Below the pieces are notes generated by a model. The model made no database searches. It was not told the DNA's origin and was given only the letters and a program-made list of their open reading frames with translations. Positions 53,687 through 64,000 of a stretch of 64,000 nt of DNA are shown here, piece by piece (positions within the stretch are counted from its first letter, which is position 1; each line of letters starts with the position of its first letter). Origin of the DNA: Haliotis rufescens (Eukaryota); contig NW_025964013.1 of NCBI RefSeq assembly GCF_023055435.1, forward strand, positions 4,030,001 to 4,094,000. Direction: 5' to 3'. The position numbers and the translations under genes were made by a program.

Positions 53687-56199
53687 TAAAGGTAAGCCTT
53701 TCATAAATAGGTTGTAATATTTACATAATTCGGAAGCCATCATTCCTTCGTAAGTTGGATGGAACATGTTACTGTTTCAAAACAGTATCTAGAAATACTT
53801 GTATCAATGCATCAGCTCAAATATTCAGACCACTCAAATTGTGTGAAACAAGGAATTATGATGTTTCCTCATAATATGGGTTTTCGAGACCCTAATAAGT
53901 ATTTCTGATTACGTGACTTGTAACGATCCGAATACATTAAAATTAAACCTTACCTTTGACGACATGGATAGGTCAAATGACCATGTCTTGGTAATTTTAT
54001 AGTGATATTGCCTCGCTCAGCGATATGAGTCGATCAGGAGAGATCATGTTACCGTCACATGATTTCGAGCCCTTTCATCACAGTCAAGCTAAAAATAGAT
54101 GCACAACATTATCAGTCTCGTGGTACATACGATTGTTTTGATGCATATATTATCATCAGAACAAGTTTGATGATTTCATTTCTGACTTGTTTCATCAATT
54201 CATATGCGAAACTGTTGGTATAGTGGACATAACAACCATTGTATAGCTATAACTATCATTAACAGTAAAATTAGCTGCTTCTCAATCCGAAGGTTTAATT
54301 TGGGAACAATTTCACATTCTCTGGATGTTTACGTTTTTCACATTTCTGGAAACAAATTTTCTTTGTTCTTTGTGGCTATTCAAATATATGTGCAGCAATA
54401 TACGTCTTGCCCAGAATGTCTATTATAGAAGTAATATATACAAATCTGTTTGTCGTCATCATTGCAGCACAACCCTGAAGCTAGTATAGAATATAATTCA
54501 ATTTTCTATATTTCAGTGGATGTCTCCACATTTCCACTGGATGCTTCACTCCATCTTTTTTCCGTGATAATAAACTAATTTCGCAGCAATGTGTTTTCTG
54601 TCTTCACTTCATGTTGAATAATGTCAAGCTGAACAATCAGCAAACCAATATGGCCTAATGCTTGGAGTACCCAATTTCACATATCACCGAGAACATTTAG
54701 TTATGGGAGGTGATGACGTTTCATTAATCAGCATTGAATAGGTGATTTAATGTCATCATTATCAGATGGTGGCCTATTCATGAATATGCCTTCGCTAAAA
54801 GATATCAAAGCGCAATGTTAGATCTTTTGAAAAATTGTCTAACAAATCATTGGTATAAATCATCAACAAATATTCAACCAAGCGGCATGAAGTCTGCACT
54901 CTTACAAATCAATCTGATCTCTAATGCACCTTAAGGTACCGACAAAGCCCTTTGTCCTGCCTTTACAAAGATACATTTATGTGACAATTGTCCGATACCC
55001 AACACCTATTACACGAAAGGTTAGGCCAGTTAAGACTGGGTTTAAATCCGCAGACATACACCTTTTCGGCAGGAATATGGTTCACTTTACATCAATCAGA
55101 ACAAATGTTCTAACAAACTCATACTTGAATCAAATACTATTGCTCCTTTTCTCGACGGAAAACGGCCCAGCCAGTATAGGAGACATTATTTGTCAACATT
55201 TTACTTTAGCCTGAAAAGATTTGTATGGTCGGTTTAAAATAACAAGAACGCAAAATGATGGTTTCTGTAGAAGCTTAACTAGATATGATTTAGCAATAAG
55301 ACAATTCGAGAATAGCCGAAGCCAAGATATGGCAACCACACTTGTATGACACTCTTCACGGTGATATGTGCCAAATTGATCCGGGGTGTCATTAAAACAA
55401 GAGTAACGCCATTATCAAAGCGAGGTAACAGCTTCACAGGTGTATGACCAACAGCTAATTGTATTAATGGGTGACAATATAAAGAATCAAATAAACCCAA
55501 TTTAAACTGACAAAGATCACTGATTACAAATATCACAGCACTCACACAAGCAGCTTAGCTAAGCCACTATATTACAGTAATAAATTGCGAGTAGCCAAAA
55601 CAACTCTTTCTAAAATTCACAAAAATACAAGACACTTGAAATAAAGTAGAAAAATATGAGAAGGTTGGTTATCCATGGAGTACTAGAAAAACGGAGTATT
55701 GAAAACCCTAGCTAATACGTTCAGCTCAATACAATGAAGGGAAATTAATACTAAATAAAAGGTGCCCTATATTCTCTTACTAACGCAACCAGAATGACCA
55801 TCCAGTAACAAATCGACCCGTAAACGAACTAACAAGGTCTGGGGGTGAACACACAAGATTGTCATAGAGTTTCTATACCAGCTCACAGGCCTCGTAGGGG
55901 ATAATCTCTCCTGATCAGCCAGGGAAAATGATAGTCTGGGACACCTAGCCACAATTACCAAACTGATTACTTCATACATATGGAAGATAAACCTGTCAAA
56001 ATAAAGCGCCGAACACAGGCTGTCCAACTGTCACGAAAGATTTACAACAAGCTATGTGCAAGTATTGAGGGGGCAAAAACGATTATAAATACGTGATGAT
56101 ATCTGTGAGTACATGGATAACCCTAATGAGCGAAAATCAAAGTCACCAAACAAATTCAATACATGATAAAGGCCGCACACATACATGTGATAACATACA

Positions 56200-56904
56200 T
56201 CCAGTCAAAACATGGTAAGAGTGAGCCATTAAATTACAAGAGAAATGAAGAGAATGAAATAGTCAGTTGTTGGTTTTTTGTTAAAAAAAGGATGTTGTCA
56301 GTGTTGCCGTGTGAGGTCGGGCGTTGTCTCGTTTGAAAATGATTTAAGCTTACTGCACAATTGTTGTGGTCATACTCTGTGACCTTGCCATCAGTCGACG
56401 ATGTAGGTCTGTCCAAAAGACATCTCGAACTGAGCGAATACCTTCAATGAACAATTCGTCACTGTCTTGGCGGATCTCCTACGCAATCCTGGTATTGCCG
56501 TAGTTGTGTCTGTGGTGGTTCTGTCACGTAAATGACGTAGCCTTATGAATCTGTCCTGTATTCTGGTAGTGATACGTGGTCGGCCGGATCTGGGAAGTTC
56601 ATGTGTGTCTGATAACGGTTCCGCAGTCTTGTAATGGTGCTTGGTGCTACGTGAGAACACCTGGCTACAGCTGAAGATGATTCTCCTGTTTGAAGCCGGT
56701 TCGTAGCATGATTTTGCTGTTCACTTGCTCAGAGAATGTGATGGCATGCAAATGCAAACCAAACGTTTTTGTACAGCCAAACAAGTGATGTTGTAAGTGC
56801 TGTTGGTGAATTTCGGCGCCAGGGTCTCATTATTAATTCTGTATGGATGTCGGCAACACATTTAAGATTTTACTACTTTTGCGTTTCTTTTTTGTCACAG
56901 TATA
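56200..56904 (-). mobile_element. Truncated degenerate Tc1-like element (5' TIR plus N-terminal transposase)
   Basis: Reverse complement TATACTGTGACAAAAAAGAAACGC; ATGCCA at 56747; LPRSGRPRITTRIQDRFIRLRHLRDR. Confidence 0.85.
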
Positions 56905-57218
56905 GATACAAATTTGATTCATAACACGTTTAGATCATGAACGAGGACTCTCAAGCCGTTTGGATTTCTAACACAAATCTAAACATACTAAAATAATCAT
57001 AATTTGTTGGGATGAATGAGATAAAATGAGAGCAGGTGTTAAAAAAATGAACTTTCTCGCATTTTGCAATATGATACTTATCTTAAATTAGAATTGGTTG
57101 AGGACATGGATATGTTGTAACTTTTATTTAAGAAATAAACGACGAGTTTGAGCTGTTTATCATACAATAACCATGAGCGGCACATATATTTTATATGTAT
57201 GTGTCACAACGGTATATA

Positions 57219-58645
57219 TATACTGAACCAAATTAAAAACCTCACAATCCTAAAATTTTATCATTTTGACCAGTTATCACTGTGGGCCCTTATTGTGTAT
57301 TTAAACAGTAATAGCCACGTATTGTCTTCAGATAACACCCGTTTTTGTGCAGATGAATCAATCAAAATCATGTGAACAGCACTTTTGTGGCAAAAGTGGC
57401 TTTTCACGTGCAACTGGTCACGTGGCCATAATACCGCACGTGTTTTCAGCCAGACTTGTTAGTGGTCATTAACAAAAAAAAGAAAAACACAAGAAAACAA
57501 AAGTCTTTACGGCCATTTGTCATGCCAAGCCTTTCAGATGTGCAACGTGAACGTGTCATCTGCATGTTGCAGACGGGAACGTCCGTAGCTGAAGTCGCAA
57601 GGACGATGGGTTGTAGCCGACGGACTGTTTATGATTTACAGACGCGTCTACAGCAAACGGGTACCACCGCTGATCGCCCTCGGCCAGGTCGACCACGTGT
57701 GACGGCACATGCAGAGGATCGTCAGATTGTCTTACGTCACCTCCGGAACCGATATTTGACGGCGACATCAACCAGAAATGAACTGTTTAGGGGTAGACTG
57801 AGTGCGCAAACTGTTCGAAACCGTCTGAGAACTGCTCACCTTCAAGCACCACGGCCATACTGCGGGCCGATTCTGACTCAATTACACAGACGTCAACGTC
57901 AGTTGTTGGCACAGCGACACTTATGATGGATTCAGTGGAATTGGAATCAAGTCGTCTTCAGTGATGAATCCCGATTTAATCTTCGATTTGCTGATGGTAG
58001 GACGAGGGCGTGGAGGCGCCGTCATGAACGTTACGCCCAGTGTTGTGTACAGGAAGTTGACAGATTTCGAGGCGGAAGTGTCATGGTGTGGGGTGATTTC
58101 TGTGACAGTGCACGTTCCAGGCTTATTGTCATCCGTGGCAACCTCAACGCTGCTGCTTACCGCGACCAGGTACTGGCACTAGAACTCCTGCCTTTTATGG
58201 CAGCACATGGACCCGGTTTGATCTTCCAACACGACAATGCCAATGCCAGACCCCACACAACAATTTTGACAAGGAATTTCCTTCAGAATGTGGGAGTCAA
58301 CGTCATGGACTGGCCGTCAAGATCTCCAGACCACAATCCCATCGAACACGTCTGGGATGCTCTTGACAGAAGTCTGCGCACTCTCCAGAAACAACCCCAG
58401 AATTTGCAAGATCTTGGCATCATTTTGCAGCAACAATGGCGCCGTTTTCCCAATCATGTGTTCACAAGCATCACAAGGTCCATGCGGAGGCGTTGTGTGG
58501 CAGTTGTCAACGCACATGGTGGCCAAACACGCTACTGAACTTGTGTGCCATCAGATTCTCGTGCTTGGGACTTATGATTTAAACTGTTGATGTTATTACC
58601 GAATACCGTAGGTGCTTGGAACAAAATATGGTTACCAACGTTAAT
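57219..58645 (+). mobile_element. Tc1-like transposon; 5' TIR present, 3' TIR not seen
   Basis: TATACTGAACCAAATT terminus; contains a near-intact transposase. Confidence 0.85.
57522..58538 (+). pseudogene. Tc1 transposase with a single in-frame TGA (57924-57926)
   Basis: HTH region, GRPR, FSDESRF, GGSVMVWG, FQHDNA, WPSRSPDHNPIEHVW and GGQTRY all in one frame. Confidence 0.93.
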
Positions 58646-60192
58646 ACATACGTTATACATGTATATATGTGTATATGTATGTGTCAGAACGGTTTACACG
58701 TGTACATGTATGTATGAAGACGATATCTATGTGCAGACGTATATATTATGAAGGTATACCTGTGAAATCGATAGTGTGAACATTTGCCGGAACTTCTTTC
58801 CGGTGTTTTCCCGAACTCTCGATCGGTGTTTACAACTAAATCGTTTTTCTATCTATAAAATCCCTGCATTTATCAGCAACAAAATTTAGTATTTTGCTTG
58901 GTCTTGTAACGTTTTATCTGACTTTATAATATATCTACGCTTTGGTTCTGGTGTTTGATGTCGTCTGCTACATGAAACAAAATGGATTATCCTTACAATG
59001 ATTTGGATAGGGAATGAGTATCTCTCAATTGTATTTTTAGCAATATTGACTTTGGTGCCTTGTCGGAAATGACAGTAATCTAGCACTTAGCGGCTTGCGA
59101 ATGATAAATAATAAAAGGAACCTAGTTTTCAAATAAATAAGACATAAACAGGTAAGGAAAGCGACTTTAATTATAAAAAAAACAACTTGTCAACCTATGT
59201 TATCGATCGGTCATCGGAGACGAGAAAAATATCCGTAGACTAGATTACTTTTCCGGTTTCTGTGTTGGCCGACCTTTTCCGTGCATTCTAGGCCGAGAAG
59301 CGGCGGCACATGAAGAAGGACGGGACAAAGATATGAAGCTAGCATCAGGTCATACATTAGGTCTTTCTCATGATACATGTGTTCTGATTCAATAAGACAG
59401 ATACCTCACCTGTCTCATTATACAAAAGCTACGTATACCCAACTTCTCTGTGTTCCGTTGCAATAAGACTCTCACCTTACGTGTGCCCTGATACAATAAG
59501 ACAGGCACCTGATGTGTCTTCTGACAAAATACAACTGTTAATCGTCTCACAAGGATAGATGTAGCTTTAAAGATTACTGTGAAACTTGGTGTCCGTAAAC
59601 AGATGTGCTTATTTGTGATTGAGTTACATTATAAGGACAGGTGTTTTGTGATCAGAAGCCGTGTCCACAAACCACCCTGTTCATTCAGGAAACTGAAATC
59701 ACCTCACCTTTGTCTTGATGAAACATAACAAGTACCTTACCTGTGTCCTAATTCAATGTATCACATCTTACAAGAAGAGATATCAATATGAATATTGTCA
59801 ACATTTACTTTGAACCTCCATCACCGAATAAATAGTTTTCAGTTTCTTTCCAGTCGCTTTCGTATATGTTTCCATTTCCAGGTGATCACATCTGAAGTTA
59901 GAAGTCCACATCTCTTGTCAAGACATAGATAAAATTCAGGGTAATTGAGGCTTTACGATAACGATCAATTATTTTACAAGTGGTCTATTGTAACCATGCT
60001 CGTGCGTGACTTCAACTATGGCCGGAACAGATATATATAAAGTGGTTCGGTCAGCGCCTATAGAAAAATATAATTATGATTCAGGAAACCTGTTTTAACT
60101 ATGGCAGGCAAAGTCAATTTCATACATTTCTCACACTTTTGTAACAAAGCAAAGGTTCCCCGACACTCTATCCCAAATAAGTAGTTAATCAC

Positions 60193-60430
60193 TGACGTCA
60201 ATACATGACTACACAAGGCTAAACGCTTTTCTCACCCCTACTGATCTACAGAAACTGACCATATGTGATAGTAAGGTAACCTAAGTTCGTGCCCAATTAC
60301 TGCCCTACTGACACGTGATTGTTTACCATCGCCTGTATTGACAGCTGCAATAAGACAGATCTATTGCAGGACAGGCCTATATTAGAAAGAGTTGACGGGA
60401 TCACATCACCGCCTGTTCCTCGGATCCAAG
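60193..60430 (+). promoter_or_regulatory. Proximal promoter of copy 5 (variant TATA)
   Basis: TGACGTCA 60193-60200; dyad; TATATTAG 60378-60385. Confidence 0.65.
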
Positions 60431-61680
60431 ATGACGTATCTCGTGGTTGTTCTGCTGCTGTTGGCGTGTTCAGTCCCACTTTCCTCCTCGAGGCAGGTAG
60501 GTGATGATGACATCCAAGAGTTGTACGGAGTAGCCAGCAGCTATTCGGAGTGTTCCAACACCTACTGGAGAAGACAGTGGTATGCCAGAGGCATTGTTCT
60601 GGTTGTCAGAAGCGGATGCAGGAAGGATCAGAGAACTTTCCGGGCGGCCCTGAAGAAGATTCAATGCTCTGACATAACAGCTGCCGTCTCTAAGTTCTGT
60701 AGTAGCAGATACACCAGATTTTGGGCTACAAATTTGGTGTGTCGGTTTGCCAGAAAAGTCAATGAGCGCTGTGAGTCAAGCGATGATAGGAGCCCCTTGT
60801 GCAAACAGGCAATGTCTCGAATGCCTCGAAGATGGGCTAGTTTAACGTGTAAAGGATACGACAGGTATTGCAAAAGCTCCAGTTACCTCCGCAGATACTA
60901 CATTAGATTTATGTGTAAACTGACTGAAAACTTCTATTCTAACTGCTGTCAAGTCGATCCAGTGACAGAGCCAATGACAACACCTGAACCAACGACAACG
61001 ACAACAGAGGTACCTACGACCGAGCCGCCAACAACACCACCGACCACTGCGGCTACAACCGACGCCCCTACAACCGAGCTGCCTACAACCCCACCGACCA
61101 CTGAGGCTACAACCAACGCCCCTACAACCGAGCCGCCTACAATCCCACCGACCACTCCGTCTGGACCAACTCTGCCAGAAGTCGCGGACAAAACTTTCTG
61201 TGTGTATTTTTGGTCTGTTTGCTACACAGTTTTTACATTTAGAGCTTTACAATGTGTAATGGCATGAATTCTTTAAAACTTTGGCGTGTTTATGCTTGGT
61301 CAGTCGTCGATTACGTTATGTAACAATATTAATAGCTTAGGCATTTAAAAAATATATATATAAAATGACCGATCATTTGGATTACTTCGATGTAGAGGGA
61401 TCTGACATCATTCTCATTTTCTGTTTTATTCCACTTATCAAGCATTGTAGTCTGGTATTTATAGTTCCTTTGAGGGGTTGCAACTTTTTACAATGAGAGT
61501 GATCATTGTTAAACTGTGATGGCCAATTTCTCATATTGATTCACAGTAACCGCATGTACACAACGATGTGTCCGCAACGACCTAGTGGATTCACTGTGTG
61601 GTACTGGGACGCTGGTCGAGGAATGTGACAATCTTCAAGTTCCAGAGTTTGTGGGATCGTATACCTGCTGTTCAGGTTAA
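60431..61680 (+). CDS. Secreted Cys-rich/mucin-stalk protein, copy 5 (300 aa); join(60431..61199,61547..61680); UTR exon 3 from 62511, AATAAA 62563
   Basis: Intact frame and splice sites. Confidence 0.9.
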
Positions 61681-64000
61681 TACAGGTAAGCCTTTCATAA
61701 ATAGGTTGTAATATTTACATAATTTGGAAGCCATCATTCCTTCGCAAGTTGGATGGAACATGTTTCTGTTTCAAAACAGTATCTAGAAATACTTGTATCA
61801 ATGCATCAGCTCAAATATTCAGACCACTCAAATTGTGTGAAACAAGGAATTATGATGTTTCCTCATAATATGGGTTTTCGAGACCCTAATAAGTATTTCT
61901 GATTACGTGACTTGTAACGATCCGAATACATTAAAATTAAACCTTACCTTTGACGACATGGATAGGTCAAATGACCATGTCTTGGTAATTTTATAGTGAT
62001 ATTGCCTCGCTCAGCGATATGAGTCGATCAGGTGAGATCATGTTACCGTCACATGATTTCGAGCCCTTTCATCACAGTCAAGCTAAAAATAGATGCACAA
62101 CATTATCAGTCTCGTGGTACATACGATTGTTTTGATGCATATATTATCATCAGAACAAGTTTGATGATTTCATTTCTGACTTGTTTCATCAATTCATAAG
62201 CGAAACTGTTGGTATAGTGGACATAACTACCATTGTATAGCTATAACTATCATTAACAGTAAAATTAGCTGCTTCTCAATCCGAAGGTTTAATTTGGGAA
62301 CAATTTCACATTCTCTGGATGTTTACGTTTTTCACATTTCTGGAAACAAATTTTCTTTGTTCTTTGTGGCTATTCAAATATATGTGCAGCAATATACGTC
62401 TTGCCCAGAATGTCTATTATAGAAGTAATATATACAAATCTGTTTGTCGTCATCATTGCAGCACAACCCTGAAGCTAGTATAGAATATAATTCAATTTTT
62501 TATATTTCAGTGGATGTCTCCACATTTCCACTGGATGCTTCACTCCATCTTTTTTCCGTGATAATAAACTAATTTCGCAGCAATGTGTTTTCTGTCTTCA
62601 CTTCATGTTGAATAATGTCAAGCTGAACAATCAGCAAACCAATATGGCCTAATGCTTGGAGTACCCAATTTCACATATCACCGAGAACATTTAGTTATGG
62701 GAGGTGATGACGTTTCATTAATCAGCATTGAATAGGTGATTTAATGTCATCATTATCAGATGGTGGCCTATTCATGAATATGCCTTCGCTAAAAGAAATC
62801 AAAGCGCAATGTTAGATCTTTTGAAAAATTGTCTAACAAATCATTGGTATAAATCATCAACAAATATTCAACCAAGCTGCATGAAGTCTGCACTCTTACA
62901 AATCAATCTGATCTCTAATGCACCTTAACGTACCGACAAAGCCCTTTGTCCTGCCTTTACAAAGATACATTTATGTGACAATTGTCCGATACCCAACACC
63001 TATTACACGAAAGGTTTGGCCAGTTAAGACTGGGTTTAAATCCGCAGACATACACCTTTTCGGCAGGAATATGGTTCACTTTACATCAATCAGAACAAAT
63101 GTTCTAACAAACTCATACTTGAATCAAATACTATTGCTCCTTTTCTCGACGGAAAACGGCCCAGCCAGTATAGGAGACATTATTTGTCAACATTTTACTT
63201 TAGCCTGAAAAGATTTGTATGGTCGGTTTAAAATAACAAGAACGCAAAATGATGGTTTCTGTAGAAGCTTAACTAGATATGATTTAGCAATAAGACAATT
63301 CGAGAATAGCCGAAGCCAAGATATGGCAACCACACTTGTATGACACTCTTCACGGTGATATGTGCCAAATTGATCCGGGGTGTCATTAAAACAAGAGTAA
63401 CGCCATTATCAAAGCGAGGTAACAGCTTCACAGGTGTATGACCAACAGCTAATTGTATTAATGGGTGACAATATAAAGAATCAAATAAACCCAATTTAAA
63501 CTGACAAAGATCACTGATTACAAATATCACAGCACCCACACAAGCAGCTTAGCTAAGCCACTATATTTCAGTAATAAATTGCGAGTAGCCAAAACAACTC
63601 TTTCTAAAATTCACAAAAATACAAGACACTTGAAATAAAGTAGAAAAATATGAGAAGGTTGGTTATCCATGGAGTACTAGAAAAACGGAGTATTGAAAAC
63701 CCTAGCTAATACGTTCAGCTCAATACAATGAGAGGAAATTAATACTAAATAAAAGGTGCCCTATATTCTCTTACTAACGCAACCAGAATGACCATCCAGT
63801 AACAAATCGACCCGTAAACGAACTAACAAGGTCTGGGGGTGAACACACAAGATTGTCATAGAGTTTCTATACCAGCTCACAGGCCTCGTAGGGGATAATC
63901 TCTCCTGATCAGCCAGGGAAAATGATAGTCTGGGACACCTAGCCACAATTACCAAACTGATTACTTCATACATATGGAAGATAAACCTGTCAAAATAAAG

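Larger units (their letters stand above)
41100..64000 (+). repeat. Tandem segmental duplication array, at least 4 units; last unit runs off the window
   Basis: ATG spacings 5588, 5634, 7994 bp; near-identical introns and spacers. Confidence 0.97.

Overview
Repeat-rich animal genomic DNA with spliceosomal introns and two N gaps (26424-26579, 29004-29338). The SINE, LINE and Tc1 repertoire suggests a mollusc, possibly abalone-like; this is inference. The only host genes I can support are five paralogs of one 3-exon gene (ATGs at 13241, 41215, 46803, 52437, 60431), which the ORF track truncates or mis-extends. Spliced, each encodes a 300-305 aa secreted protein: signal peptide, short acidic piece, strongly cationic and aromatic 12-Cys domain with an internal repeat, Thr/Pro/Glu mucin-like stalk, and a separately encoded acidic 6-Cys module ending CCSG. 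Exon 3 is a non-coding 3'-UTR exon. Copies 2-5 form a young tandem array (units about 5.6 kb, one 8.0 kb); copy 1 is a diverged outlier 28 kb upstream. All five keep a perfect CRE, a TGATTCA site and a dyad upstream of the TATA box. The rest is degenerate Tc1 elements, LINE and Penelope fragments, three tRNA-SINE families, two MITEs and many minisatellites, several expanded from seeds inside the gene's duplication unit.
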